Below are positions 1 to 9,973 of a stretch of 64,000 nucleotides of DNA, one piece after another. Numbering within the stretch: the stretch's first letter is position 1; each line of letters starts with the position of its first letter. The notes under the pieces are model-generated. The model worked only from the letters and a program-made list of their open reading frames with translations. It was not told the origin of the DNA and searched no databases. Origin of the DNA: an uncultured Gammaproteobacteria bacterium. Lineage in GTDB: Bacteria > Patescibacteriota > Patescibacteriia > 2-01-FULL-39-33. The stretch is taken from assembly GCA_964558935.1 (NCBI GenBank), contig CAZLFP010000005.1, positions 20,667-84,666 on the forward strand. Direction: 5' to 3'. A program made the position numbers and the translations under genes.

Positions 1-1039
1 TGCTCTTTTAGCTGGTTTAATTGCTGGTATTGTGATTGGTCTCTCTACCGAGTACTATACTTCAGACAGTCGCAAACCCACACAGAAAGTCGCCCTTGCT
101 TCTCAGACAGGTTGTGCAACCAACATTATATCCGGTTTATCTTTAGGATTTATGTCTACGGTTATCCCGGTAGTAGCTGTCTGTTTGGCGATATATGTCG
201 CTTACTCTTTTGCAGATCTGTATGGTGTAGCTATTGCAGCGGTTGGCATGTTATCTACCTTAGGTATTACCTTGGCGACAGATTCATATGGTCCTGTCGC
301 AGATAATGCTGCTGGCATTGCTGAAATGGCTGGTCTGGGAACCGAGGTTAGGCAAAGAGCTGAAGAGTTGGATGCGGTTGGCAATACCACTGCGGCTGTC
401 GGCAAAGGTTTTGCCATTGGAAGCGCGGCCTTAACAGCTTTGGTTCTTTTAGTCTCTTACGGACAAGCTGTAAACATAGAGTCAGTCAATTTATTTGATT
501 CCACTGTTATCATCGGTTTGTTTATAGGGGGTGTTCTGCCTTTTGTCTTTGCCGCCTTAACCATGCAAGCGGTGGGCAAAGCAGCGTCTCAGATGGTGGA
601 TGAGGTTAGAAGGCAGTTTAAAGAGATTTCGGGACTTATGGAAGGTGAAACCGAACCAGATTACAAAAGATGTATAGATATTTCGACTGGTGCTGCTTTA
701 AGACAAATGATCGCTCCCGGTCTCTTGGCTATTTTTGTACCTATTTTAGTTGGTTATTATATTGGACCCGCTTCTTTAGCCGGTTTGTTGGCCGGCAGTA
801 TTGTGACCGGTTTTCTCTTGGCTATATTTATGGCTAATGCAGGTGGAGCTTGGGATAACGCGAAGAAATATATTGAAGCGGATAATCTGGGTGGTAAAGG
901 CAGTGATGCCCATAAAGCGGCTGTTGTGGGAGACACGGTGGGAGATCCTTTCAAAGACACGGCTGGTCCTGCCTTAAATATTCTTATTAAACTGATGGCG
1001 ATTGTTTCCATTGTGATTGCTCCGCTGTTAATGATGTAA
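1..1039 (+). CDS. hppA: K+/H+-translocating membrane pyrophosphatase, C-terminal part (5' end outside window)
   Basis: Reading frame is open from nt 2. Motifs Gxx[34 protein letters not shown] are typical of V-type H+-PPase, with multiple TM helices. Confidence 0.85.
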   Translation, partial: ALLAGLIAGIVIGLSTEYYTSDSRKPTQKVALASQTGCATNIISGLSLGFMSTVIPVVAVCLAIYVAYSFADLYGVAIAAVGMLSTLGITLATDSYGPVADNAAGIAEMAGLGTEVRQRAEELDAVGNTTAAVGKGFAIGSAALTALVLLVSYGQAVNIESVNLFDSTVIIGLFIGGVLPFVFAALTMQAVGKAASQMVDEVRRQFKEISGLMEGETEPDYKRCIDISTGAALRQMIAPGLLAIFVPILVGYYIGPASLAGLLAGSIVTGFLLAIFMANAGGAWDNAKKYIEADNLGGKGSDAHKAAVVGDTVGDPFKDTAGPALNILIKLMAIVSIVIAPLLMM

Positions 1040-1052
1040 TTGCTATTTTGGA

Positions 1053-1085
1053 AAACTAGAAACTGTATGGTTTCTAGTTTTTTTG
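1053..1085 (+). terminator. intrinsic terminator after hppA
   Basis: Hairpin aaactagaaac/gtttctagttt followed by a T7 run. Confidence 0.6.
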
Positions 1086-1133
1086 TGGTATAATATATGT
1101 AACGAATATATATTGAAAAATAATCTTAACCTT

Positions 1134-2849
1134 ATGTCTCCTAGAAAAAGACTTCTAGCAACCAAGACCAGGACAGATTTGACTGTGGGTCCTGTTAGTG
1201 TTGTTATGCTTACCATCGTGATGGTATCTACAATAATTGCCCTTGGCTTCGGATCCTTAGCGGCAGCTTTTTATTTTAGTGATTATGATGTTAGAAATAA
1301 TATTGTGGGTATTGATGCTTCTTCAATTAATGTTGACACATTATTATCTGGATCAGACTTTATCTATCCAACCAATAAGCCAGTAATTCATTTTTCTGGA
1401 TCATATTTGGATAATAAGTCCAATATTAAGGACAGAGCTTATGTCAAGTTAAATAATAGTAGTATAGCTGGGACTGTTATTAAAGAAGGAGATGTTTTAG
1501 CTTATGAAGCATATAATCCTGCTCATACTGGTAAGGGTTGTGGTTTGGCGCTTAGGTTGTTAAAACAACAAGGAGCGGTTAATTCTCTGGGTTATGCTAA
1601 TGATCAAAATGGAATTAGAGCAGTTAATAATAATCCAAGATCACAGAATGGGTGGTTTACAAGATATTTTGATTTATCTCCTTATGTTGGCAGAGGTATT
1701 AAAGAAGTTGATCTGGTTCAATTTAATCAGGGGGATGGATCAGATAAATTTGAATGTTATTACAGCGACATTAGAATTGAACCTTCAACGGATAAAGGTA
1801 TAATTTATATGCAAGATGGTATTAAGAATGTTCATGTGTATCAAAGTTCTGGCATTGAATCAATACCGGTTAAAAATGGTAAGTATCTGATTGAATTCTA
1901 TGGACTTTATGATGCTGATTCAAATGTTCAAAATGATTATGCTATTTATTCATACTTTGGCATGGAAGATGATAACTATCGGGGATATAAAATAGAATCA
2001 GGAGATTATTTAACGTATTGGTCATATAATGCTATTGGTCCTGGTTGTGGCATAGATATTAGCTTGAAGAATATTTCAGACGAGAGGTCTGCAAATAGAA
2101 TTGCTGCGTTTAAGTCAAAAGATCAAGATGGAGTATTTCTTGTCGAATCTAATGATAATGATAATCGTAATTGGTATCAGAGGATTGTAAAATTACCTGA
2201 GAGTGCAGTTGGCAGAGAAATTAAATCAATTCTTTTAGTGCAACCGAATGATAGATCAACCGGAGCAAGTTTTACCTGTTTATATGATGATATTAAAATT
2301 ACCAAAGATGTGGATTATATGATCGAAGCTCCTCTAAGACCAAGCTGCGTTGAACCAGATAATGTAAATAATGGTTTTTGCTACGTTGACCCTTCTTTAC
2401 TTGGTTATGATTGTAGGCTAAACCATTTTGATGAAGAAGAATCAAATTTGACAAAATGTAAATCAAGATCATATCCTGATGATGATGCAGCCTTTAGAGT
2501 TGGCTTGTCCAATAGTTCATTGCCAACTACTGCTAGAGATTATACAGATATTGATGAGTTTATTGATTTCTTGGAAAGATTACTTTATCCAGATGCAGAT
2601 TTTCAACCTTGGGATATTGATGGTCAGCCAGTGGCATTTAATTATACTATCAATGAAGAAGGAGCCACTATTTTGGCATATTACATGACTGAAAGTAGAG
2701 ATGCGGGAGGGGTTTCGGTTTTTGTTAGAGAATCGACCAAGATTAGAGAGGGTGAATCTATTTTAATTATGTTCAATCGTTTAAAACAAAAAGTTGAAAA
2801 TTCTTTGAAAGAATATATGGAATATTATCCAAATCAATTGAATAATTAA
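1134..2849 (+). CDS. hypothetical secreted/membrane-anchored protein with two tandem ~190-aa internal repeats
   Basis: N-terminal basic segment plus hydrophobic helix (MSPRKRLL...VVMLTIVMVSTIIALGFG). Internal duplication GDxLxYxxYN..GxGCG ... W(F/Y)xR ... F(E/T)C(Y/L)Y(S/D)DI(R/K)I. No confident family assignment. Confidence 0.55.
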   Translation: MSPRKRLLATKTRTDLTVGPVSVVMLTIVMVSTIIALGFGSLAAAFYFSDYDVRNNIVGIDASSINVDTLLSGSDFIYPTNKPVIHFSGSYLDNKSNIKDRAYVKLNNSSIAGTVIKEGDVLAYEAYNPAHTGKGCGLALRLLKQQGAVNSLGYANDQNGIRAVNNNPRSQNGWFTRYFDLSPYVGRGIKEVDLVQFNQGDGSDKFECYYSDIRIEPSTDKGIIYMQDGIKNVHVYQSSGIESIPVKNGKYLIEFYGLYDADSNVQNDYAIYSYFGMEDDNYRGYKIESGDYLTYWSYNAIGPGCGIDISLKNISDERSANRIAAFKSKDQDGVFLVESNDNDNRNWYQRIVKLPESAVGREIKSILLVQPNDRSTGASFTCLYDDIKITKDVDYMIEAPLRPSCVEPDNVNNGFCYVDPSLLGYDCRLNHFDEEESNLTKCKSRSYPDDDAAFRVGLSNSSLPTTARDYTDIDEFIDFLERLLYPDADFQPWDIDGQPVAFNYTINEEGATILAYYMTESRDAGGVSVFVRESTKIREGESILIMFNRLKQKVENSLKEYMEYYPNQLNN

Positions 2850-2865
2850 AACAACTCTAGATACA

Positions 2866-2897
2866 GAAACCAGGTTAGAAGCCTGGTTTCTTATTTT
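2866..2897 (+). terminator. intrinsic terminator
   Basis: gaaaccagg-ttagaag-cctggtttc followed by TTATTTT. Confidence 0.6.
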
Positions 2898-2924
2898 GAC
2901 ATTTTTTATACTTTATGTTACATT
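2896..2924 (+). promoter_or_regulatory. sigma70-like promoter upstream of tig
   Basis: TTGACA, 17-nt spacer, TACATT. Confidence 0.4.
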
Positions 2925-2952
2925 AAACCAACTTGATAAATAACTTTTTACT

Positions 2953-4245
2953 ATGCAATCTGAAGTTAAAACTTTAGACAAATCTCAAATTGAAATAAAG
3001 ATTGAGTTAACTGCTGAAGAAATCCAGCCTCAGCTTGAAAAAGCAGCGATGAAATTGTCCGAGGAAACTAAAATCGAAGGCTTTAGACCGGGTAAGGCTC
3101 CTTATGATATTGTGAGATCCAAATTGGGAGATGGCGCTATTTTAGAACAGGCCATAGATAATATTGTATTAGATGCTTATTACGCTGTTTTAAAAGACAA
3201 AGAGATTTTGACCATTGGACAACCTAAGATAGATATTGAAAAGGCGGCTGTGGGCAATGAGTTTAAATTCAAAGCGGTTGTCGCTGTTTTGCCTAAAGTT
3301 ACTTTGGGAGACTACAAGTCCATAAAGCTAGCAAGAAAGAGTATTGAAGTTAAAAATGAGCAAGTGGAGCAAGTAATTGCAGATATTCAAAAAATGAGAG
3401 CGACTGAAACTGCTGTAGAGCGTGAAGCTAAAGAGGGAGATAAGTTGGAAATAGATTTTAAAGTTTACTTAGATAAAGTACCGATCGAACATGGCGATCA
3501 GAAGAAATATCCCATCGTGATTGGTGAAAAGAAGTTTATTCCCGGTTTTGAAGATCAGTTGGTTGGTATGAAAAAAGGCGAAACCAAAGAGTTTGATCTT
3601 AAGTTTCCGGAAGAGTATTTTCAAAAAAAATTGGCTGGTAAGTTGTGTCGGTTTAAGGTAACTTGTAATGAGATTTTTGAAGTTAAGTTGCCGGAGATGA
3701 ATGATGAGTTTGCTAAAAATATTTCTCAAGAACAGTTTAAGACTCTTGGTGAAATGAAAGAAAGCATTAAAAAGAACATTGAGCAAGAAGAAAAGAATAA
3801 ACAAGAACAAAGACTTGAAATTGAAATGTTGGATAAGATTGTGGAAATGTCTCAATTCGAGCCCCTTCCGGATATTTTGCTCGAAGCTGAAGTTAAGAAG
3901 ATGGTTAGTGAATTGGAAGCCAGTATTAGTCAGCAAGGTTTTAAGTACGAGGATTATCTAAAAAGTATTCGCAAGACTCCGGAAGAATTGGCTACGGAAA
4001 TGAAGCCCCAGGCAGAGAAAAGGGTTAAGACAGCTATTGTATGTCGGGAAATCTTTCAATCTGAAAAAATGACTGTGACAGATGATGAAGTTGAAAAAGA
4101 AATTTCACAGATGTTGAAAGCTTATCCCAATAACCCAGAAGTTAAGAAGCAACTCCAGGCTGAAACTTATCGAGAGTATTTGAAGCATATGTTGGGCAAC
4201 AGGAAAGTGATTGAGTTTTTAAAAAAGACAATCATTTCAGATTAA
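2953..4245 (+). CDS. tig: trigger factor (ribosome-associated chaperone/PPIase)
   Basis: N-terminal ribosome-binding signature GFRPGKAP. Length and domain order (N domain, FKBP-like, C domain) are typical. Confidence 0.9.
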   Translation: MQSEVKTLDKSQIEIKIELTAEEIQPQLEKAAMKLSEETKIEGFRPGKAPYDIVRSKLGDGAILEQAIDNIVLDAYYAVLKDKEILTIGQPKIDIEKAAVGNEFKFKAVVAVLPKVTLGDYKSIKLARKSIEVKNEQVEQVIADIQKMRATETAVEREAKEGDKLEIDFKVYLDKVPIEHGDQKKYPIVIGEKKFIPGFEDQLVGMKKGETKEFDLKFPEEYFQKKLAGKLCRFKVTCNEIFEVKLPEMNDEFAKNISQEQFKTLGEMKESIKKNIEQEEKNKQEQRLEIEMLDKIVEMSQFEPLPDILLEAEVKKMVSELEASISQQGFKYEDYLKSIRKTPEELATEMKPQAEKRVKTAIVCREIFQSEKMTVTDDEVEKEISQMLKAYPNNPEVKKQLQAETYREYLKHMLGNRKVIEFLKKTIISD

Positions 4246-4261
4246 TAGTCATTGAACAAAG

Positions 4262-4285
4262 CACCCTGAAAAGGGTGTTTTGTTG
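4262..4285 (+). terminator. intrinsic terminator after tig
   Basis: caccct-gaaa-agggtg followed by TTTTGTTG. Confidence 0.55.
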
Positions 4286-4341
4286 TATTTGAAAATCTTA
4301 GTGAAAAGGATTAATATTAAGATAGGAAATAATTACATATT

Positions 4342-5304
4342 ATGCATGTATTAATTGTGGGAGGAGCTGGCTATATTGGCTCCCATGTTGCCAAAGCGTG
4401 TTTGCACAGTAATCATCAGGTGACTGTTATAGATAACTTATCGACTGGTCACAAGGAGAATATTTTGCCCGGTATCGAGTTTATTGAAGGAGATATTTTA
4501 AATTATGAAGAGATTAAAAGATCATTGTATAACGTGGATGTAGTGATTCATTTGGCAGCTAAAAAAGCGGCCGGTGAGTCCATGGTTGAACCAGAAAAAT
4601 ATTCACAAAATAATATTGTTGGAACTATTAACGTGTTAAATGCGATGTGCGAACAGGGAGTAGAAAAGATGATTTTTTCTTCGTCTGCGGCTGTTTACGG
4701 TGAACCTGAATACATACCCTTGGATGAAAAACATCCGACTCAACCCATTAATTTCTATGGATATACAAAGTTGACTATAGAAGAATTGCTGAGTTGGTAC
4801 AGTCGTTTAAAAGGTATGAAATACGCTGCTCTACGATACTTTAACGCGGTTGGATATGATATTACAGGTCAGATTACGGGCCTGGAAGATCGTCCCAATA
4901 ATCTTTTTCCAATTTTAATGGAAGCTGTAACTGGTCAAAGGGACAGAGTGGAAGTATTTGGTAATGATTATGATACTCCAGATGGCAGTTGTATTCGTGA
5001 CTATATTCATGTAGATGATTTAGCCACTGCTCATGTTAAAGCTTTGGAGTATATTCATGCAAAAGATAATCTGATTGTTAATTTGGGTACCGCCCGAGGT
5101 TTAAGTGTTATGGAAGTCATAGAGGCTGTTAAAAAAATATCTGGTAAGGATTTTAAGGTGCATGTTGTAAATAGAAGAGCAGGAGATCCTCCTAAATTAC
5201 TAGCTAATTCTGCTTTAGCTAAAAAATTACTAAACTGGGAGCCTCAATATAGTGATATTGAGACTATAGTCAAAACCACTTTAAAGGTTTATTTAAATCA
5301 ATGA
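4342..5304 (+). CDS. galE: UDP-glucose 4-epimerase / NAD-dependent sugar epimerase
   Basis: Rossmann motif GGAGYIGSH; catalytic YGYTK; SDR-extended length of about 320 aa. Confidence 0.75.
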   Translation: MHVLIVGGAGYIGSHVAKACLHSNHQVTVIDNLSTGHKENILPGIEFIEGDILNYEEIKRSLYNVDVVIHLAAKKAAGESMVEPEKYSQNNIVGTINVLNAMCEQGVEKMIFSSSAAVYGEPEYIPLDEKHPTQPINFYGYTKLTIEELLSWYSRLKGMKYAALRYFNAVGYDITGQITGLEDRPNNLFPILMEAVTGQRDRVEVFGNDYDTPDGSCIRDYIHVDDLATAHVKALEYIHAKDNLIVNLGTARGLSVMEVIEAVKKISGKDFKVHVVNRRAGDPPKLLANSALAKKLLNWEPQYSDIETIVKTTLKVYLNQ

Positions 5305-6146
5305 AAGTAGGAGCTCACATTTCAGCGGCTGGAGATTTGTCTTTGGCGCCTCAGCGTGCCAAAGAAGTAGGCTGTGATTGTTTTCAATTTTTTTCTCGTC
5401 CACCTCAGGGTGGTAGAACTAAACCTTTAACCGAAAGGGTTGTTTCCGATTTTAAAAAAAATATGGACAAGTATGGTCAGTCTGAAGCATATATTCATAC
5501 TCCATATTATATTAATTTAGCGTCTGCAGATAACAGAATATTCTATGGCTCTATCTCTGCGATACGAGAAGAATTGGAGCGAGGATCTCAGTTGGGTGTA
5601 AGGTATGTTCTGACTCATTTAGGCAGTGCTAAAGATTTAGGAACTGCTAAAGGTATTAGACAGGTTGTTAAGGGTATAAAAGAAGTTTTAAAAGATTATA
5701 CCGGGAGTACTAAGTTGTTAATTGAAAATTCTGCTGGAGCTGGTGCGATAATTGGAGATACTTTTGAAGAAATTAAGAAGATTGTAGATAGTCCTTCAAT
5801 AAGGAAATACACTCTTGGCATTTGTTTCGATACTGCTCATGCTTTTGCTTCAGGTTATGATTTAAGAGATGATAAAGCGGTTAAAAAAACATTTTCAGAT
5901 TTTAATAAACTAATTGGTATTGATAAGTTAAAATTAATTCATGCTAATGATTCTGCTGTTGAATTAGGTACGCATAAAGATATGCATGCTCATATTGGTA
6001 AGGGTTTAATCGGTAAAAAAGGTTTTGAAGCTATTGCTCAAGTAGCTAAAAAGAATAAGGTTAATTTGATTTTAGAGACTCCGCATAGTTTGGGAGATAA
6101 CAAGGAATTGATTCAGGATATTAATATATTAAAAAAGATGAGATAA
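5301..6146 (+). CDS. nfo: deoxyribonuclease IV (AP endonuclease, Nfo family)
   Basis: MKVGAHIS...; HTPYYINLAS; xylose-isomerase-like TIM barrel signature. ATGA overlap with galE. Confidence 0.85.
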   Translation: MKVGAHISAAGDLSLAPQRAKEVGCDCFQFFSRPPQGGRTKPLTERVVSDFKKNMDKYGQSEAYIHTPYYINLASADNRIFYGSISAIREELERGSQLGVRYVLTHLGSAKDLGTAKGIRQVVKGIKEVLKDYTGSTKLLIENSAGAGAIIGDTFEEIKKIVDSPSIRKYTLGICFDTAHAFASGYDLRDDKAVKKTFSDFNKLIGIDKLKLIHANDSAVELGTHKDMHAHIGKGLIGKKGFEAIAQVAKKNKVNLILETPHSLGDNKELIQDINILKKMR

Positions 6147-6147
6147 T

Positions 6148-6648
6148 ATGAAGATCGCCATAGTCTCAGATTCCCATGACAATATAATAAACATTGAAAA
6201 GTTTTTAACCTGGGCTGAAAAACAAGAAATAGATATTATTATCCATTGTGGAGATATTGCTGCTCCTTCAGTTATCAAAGAACTATTTTCTTCTTTTGGA
6301 GGAGATATACATTTAGTCCATGGCAATGTTTCTGACAGAGAATCTCTGGAAAAGACGTGTTCCGGATTTAAGAATATTACTTTACATGGTGATGAAGGTA
6401 AATTAGAACTGGATGAACGGAAAATAGCTTTTTGTCACTTTCCGGAACAAGCTCAAAAATTGGCGGAAACAGGCGATTATCAGCTGGTTTTTTACGGACA
6501 TACACATAAACCTTGGATGGAGACTTTGGCTAATAAGTCTCAATTAATCAACCCCGGTACTTTAGGCGGTTTGTTTCAGACAGCTACTTTTGCTGTGTAT
6601 GATACACAAAAAGGAACTTTAGTTTTAAAAGAAGTAAGTCGGTTATGA
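6148..6648 (+). CDS. metallophosphoesterase, YfcE/MJ0936 family
   Basis: IAIVSDSHDN...HCGD...GHTH motifs of calcineurin-like phosphoesterases. Confidence 0.75.
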   Translation: MKIAIVSDSHDNIINIEKFLTWAEKQEIDIIIHCGDIAAPSVIKELFSSFGGDIHLVHGNVSDRESLEKTCSGFKNITLHGDEGKLELDERKIAFCHFPEQAQKLAETGDYQLVFYGHTHKPWMETLANKSQLINPGTLGGLFQTATFAVYDTQKGTLVLKEVSRL

Positions 6649-6869
6649 GGCAAATATTGGTTAAAGTTAAACCTAATTCTAAGAACAACAAAGTTGTTCA
6701 TATTAGTGGTAATGTTTACCACGTTGAAGTCACGGCCAGGCCGGAAAAAGGCAAAGCCAATGACATGGTGATTAAGACTTTAGCTAAATATTTTCAAACA
6801 GCTCCCAGTTTAGTTGAGATCAAGGTAGGTAAAACTGCTTCTACTAAACTGGTGATAATCTCTGGATAA
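6645..6869 (+). CDS. DUF167/YggU-family small protein
   Basis: 74-aa protein with a YggU-like pattern (KVKPNSKNNKV...ARPEKGKANDMVIKTLAKYF). ATGA overlap with the upstream gene. Confidence 0.55.
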   Translation: MRQILVKVKPNSKNNKVVHISGNVYHVEVTARPEKGKANDMVIKTLAKYFQTAPSLVEIKVGKTASTKLVIISG

Positions 6870-7011
6870 CCTGGTATTAACCCCCATTTGCCAAGATGGT
6901 AAATATGAGTTATAATGCTCTCGGAATAGATATGAGAAGAGTCATAAATGGAACAAATTCCGCTTAAATTAGCGGAATTTCACTTGATTAAGCCCAGAAA
7001 TATAGACTTTG

Positions 7012-7040
7012 AACCTTGACATTTAATCTATTATTTGCTA
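7012..7040 (+). promoter_or_regulatory. near-consensus sigma70 promoter inside the non-coding island
   Basis: TTGACA (7012-7017), exactly 17-nt spacer, TACAAT (7035-7040). Confidence 0.55.
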
Positions 7041-7050
7041 CAATACTATA

Positions 7051-7437
7051 TTCACCCTAGATGTTTGATGTTTAGAGTTCTGCAGGCACGACAAGCATAG
7101 GAATTATTATGAAGGATTATTTTGGTTTAATTACTCGAATAGTAACTTGATATAATTTCTTTGTCTGCAGTATTGTGAACACTAATCTGTAGGCCACTCA
7201 TTACAACCCAAAATTTGTCACCTTCCATATCAAATTTGAGAAAATTTTTTATCTCTTCTCTTCGCTTGGGTGAACTGATTTGGCTAGGCACGACAAGCAT
7301 GGGAACTTATTTACAGCTTCTCTCGGGCTTTGGCTCGATAGTTGCTTAGACAAGTTTTCTTGCCTGGCCACATCAGTTCATCCGAGTACAATGAGGCCTA
7401 CAGTTTAGTAACCCTCACCTTAACAGGTGGGGGTTTT
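7051..7437 (+). ncRNA. candidate structured RNA / long leader of about 390 nt; identity unknown
   Basis: No ORF of 60 aa or more on either strand across 590 nt. Bounded by the promoter above and a G/U-containing intrinsic terminator cctcacc-ttaaca-ggtgggg followed by gttttt at 7408-7437. Internal 22-nt direct repeat aggcacgacaagcat(a/g)ggaa at about 7084 and about 7283. Confidence 0.3.
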
Positions 7438-7461
7438 TGAATTATAATACACCTGTCAGTC

Positions 7462-8019
7462 ATGATTAGCCGTATGATTAAATTTCCCAAAAAATTCAGG
7501 ACAAAGTCAGGTCATGATTTATTGATCAGAAGAGCAAAGGTTTCAGATGCTGCCAACATGTTGAAGTATATCAAGCAAATGCTAACCGAGAGCAATTATA
7601 TGACCAGCAGTCCTCAAGACGCAGTGAAAACTCTTCAAGAACAGCAGAAGTATATTAAAGAAACAGCCAATTCACAGGGTAATCTGTTTTTGGTGTCTGA
7701 GATAGAAGGTCAACTGGTGGGTATGATCAATTTTAAAAGAGGAGGTAAAGAAAGAACCAAGCATAGCGGTGAATTTGGTATTTCAGTTTTAAAAGACTAT
7801 TGGGGAGAGGGTATTGGTAATTTGTTGTTGGACTGCTTGCTAAATTACGCTCAGCATCAGAAAGGCATTAAGAAGATTAATCTTAGAGTTAGATCAGACA
7901 ATAATAGAGCCATAGGTTTGTATATCAAGAAAGGTTTCAAAAAAGAGGGTTTACTAACCAAAGAATTAAAAGTGAATAATAGATATTACGATCTGCTTTG
8001 GATGGGATTGCAAATGTAA
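7462..8019 (+). CDS. GNAT-family N-acetyltransferase
   Basis: Acetyl-CoA-binding motif region (QLVGMINF...WGEGIGNLLL) and RimI-like fold pattern. Confidence 0.7.
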   Translation: MISRMIKFPKKFRTKSGHDLLIRRAKVSDAANMLKYIKQMLTESNYMTSSPQDAVKTLQEQQKYIKETANSQGNLFLVSEIEGQLVGMINFKRGGKERTKHSGEFGISVLKDYWGEGIGNLLLDCLLNYAQHQKGIKKINLRVRSDNNRAIGLYIKKGFKKEGLLTKELKVNNRYYDLLWMGLQM

Positions 8020-8030
8020 TCTGAAGAATC

Positions 8031-8060
8031 AAAAAACCACCGTAATGCGGTGGTTTTTTT
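8031..8060. terminator. bidirectional intrinsic terminator between convergent genes
   Basis: aaaaaaccaccg-taat-gcggtggttttttt. Confidence 0.7.
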
Positions 8061-8068
8061 AGTCAGCG

Positions 8069-9973
8069 TTATTCTATAATTTCTTGAGTTGAACTGGCTG
8101 TTTTTTCAGATAATTCTGCCACTCCGATTAAACACACTTCTTGCCAGGGTCGATAATTGGTGGTAAAAGTTTGTTTTTTTTCTGTGCCGTCCGTCAGGGT
8201 AACCAAATAATCAAATGAAGCTGAAACGCCGTGGTGAGCTGCTTCCGTACATTTTTTTTCATCGACGGGTAAATCCAAAGTTTCAATATACTTAGTAGGC
8301 GGCGGAGCAGTCCAGCCCCAAGTCACCGGCTTAGTTCGGCTGGCAAGTCTGCCATCTGAAGTTCCCCAGAAATCAAAATACAGATTGTAGCCATCGATTC
8401 GGTATTGGATTAAAACATAGTGACCGGTGTCATTTAAGAATCTGACATCCGGCTTGGGAATATAAATGGTAGCATCAGTGCCGGGTAGTCCATCTTCCAG
8501 GTAATATGAGACACTGTAGCCATGACCTCGTCTCTCGGTGATGGGCAGACCGGAAGCCATGGCTGCTCTAAAAAGAGTGGTGCCAATCTGGCATAATCCT
8601 CCGCCATATTCCGGTTTGGTCTCATTGCCCTTAATTACCAGTTCTGGCAGATAACCGCCACTAGCGTCAACGGGGATTAGTTTTTCAACCAGAGAGAAAT
8701 CTTCACCCGGTTCAACCAATACGCCTTGCAGTTTGTTGGCCCCTGTTTTTATATTATGAATACGGTTATATGAACTGCCCCAAAAATTAGAATGGCCGGT
8801 GCCAATAATTTCTTTAATGCCTAAATCATTGATTTCTTCTGTTAAGATGTCTGGGTACAAAGTCTCAACCACAACCTGAGTGGTTAAGTGTTGTTTGGCT
8901 AGATTATTGTTCATAGCCATATAGGTTGCCCTGACATCAACGGCCAGGCCTGTTTGGTGAACTTCAAACTCGGTAACTTTACCGTTGTGCATAATTAAAC
9001 TGGCATCTTGGGGAGCTTGATTGATGTCAAGTATAGTAGCCTCAGCCCAGGCTGTAAATGAGGCCTCATTCATACCCACAAAGATTTCAGCTGTGTCTTG
9101 CTTTTGGAATTCCAACATCTTGGCCAAGTCGGTTGTGTTTATTTCCCAAGTTTGATCCTGATAGATAAGTTTAGGGGAGCTGGTATTAAGCAGCCAATTA
9201 ACCAAATCCAGTTTGTCTTGTACCTGGTTTTGAGTTATTTCTGGTTGACTAATCGTCTGAGAAAGCTTAACCGGGGATGAATCCAGATTCTGCAATCTGT
9301 TTTTAACGGCTTCAATGGCTTGGTGGTAGTTAATGATATGGCCGGTTGTAGCGGGTTCCAGTTCTACGGTAAATTCTTCTGCCTGCCAGGTAATTTTGGG
9401 TCTGGCATTGTGACCATCTTGTTCCAAGTGTTTGAATTGTTTAACCAACAATTCTTTGAGGTAAGCTTCATTTAAGTCATAGTGGTTGGTAAAAGAGTGG
9501 TTAGACAGTAAGATATCCCATTGCTTGGGTATATTTTGCCACAAACTGCCTTCCCGACCATAACTGTAGGCTTGGTAAATCGTTTCGTAAATGTCAAAAG
9601 TGTACAGTTCACGAGATAGATCCGGATCTTCCAAACCACTGACGACCGGAGTTAGAGTCAAATAGTTATCTGGATCATATTGCACTTTAACCCCTTGTTC
9701 TTTAAAAGCTTGAGTGGTTTGTTCCATCAGTTCAATGGCTTGGGAAATGGTCAAACCTTCCAAACTTAAATTGCCCAACCGACTGCCTGGATAGAATTTG
9801 TCGTGGTATTTGATTTCAAACAGAATGATTATGGAAGCTAAAAAAGCCAGAATGACTAAAACAGCGACTAAGATAGTTATCATTAGCCACTGTAGATGGT
9901 TGATCTTGGGTTGATTTGGTTGTCTCAGACATTTAATTGCTGCAACCAAACGCTGGAATTTATCCTTGATCAT
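8069..9973 (-). CDS. VanW-domain protein with N-terminal membrane anchor
   Basis: N-terminal TM segment; VanW-like core (GGYLPELVIKGN...GGGLCQIGTTLFRAA...GHGYSVSYY). Confidence 0.65.
   Translation of the reverse strand: MIKDKFQRLVAAIKCLRQPNQPKINHLQWLMITILVAVLVILAFLASIIILFEIKYHDKFYPGSRLGNLSLEGLTISQAIELMEQTTQAFKEQGVKVQYDPDNYLTLTPVVSGLEDPDLSRELYTFDIYETIYQAYSYGREGSLWQNIPKQWDILLSNHSFTNHYDLNEAYLKELLVKQFKHLEQDGHNARPKITWQAEEFTVELEPATTGHIINYHQAIEAVKNRLQNLDSSPVKLSQTISQPEITQNQVQDKLDLVNWLLNTSSPKLIYQDQTWEINTTDLAKMLEFQKQDTAEIFVGMNEASFTAWAEATILDINQAPQDASLIMHNGKVTEFEVHQTGLAVDVRATYMAMNNNLAKQHLTTQVVVETLYPDILTEEINDLGIKEIIGTGHSNFWGSSYNRIHNIKTGANKLQGVLVEPGEDFSLVEKLIPVDASGGYLPELVIKGNETKPEYGGGLCQIGTTLFRAAMASGLPITERRGHGYSVSYYLEDGLPGTDATIYIPKPDVRFLNDTGHYVLIQYRIDGYNLYFDFWGTSDGRLASRTKPVTWGWTAPPPTKYIETLDLPVDEKKCTEAAHHGVSASFDYLVTLTDGTEKKQTFTTNYRPWQEVCLIGVAELSEKTASSTQEIIE

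Noticed and set aside
3469-3936. 155-aa minus-strand ORF inside tig
   Set aside because: Antisense to a strongly conserved gene; low-complexity F/L/K-rich translation typical of AT-rich antisense frames.
7051-7437. Non-coding island tested by eye against tmRNA, RNase P RNA, SRP RNA, T-box
   Set aside because: Lacks tRNA-like T-arm/CCA end and tag ORF (tmRNA), GGAAAGUCCGG/P4 motifs (RNase P), GGAA tetraloop domain IV motif (SRP), and T-box consensus. Identity left open rather than assigned.
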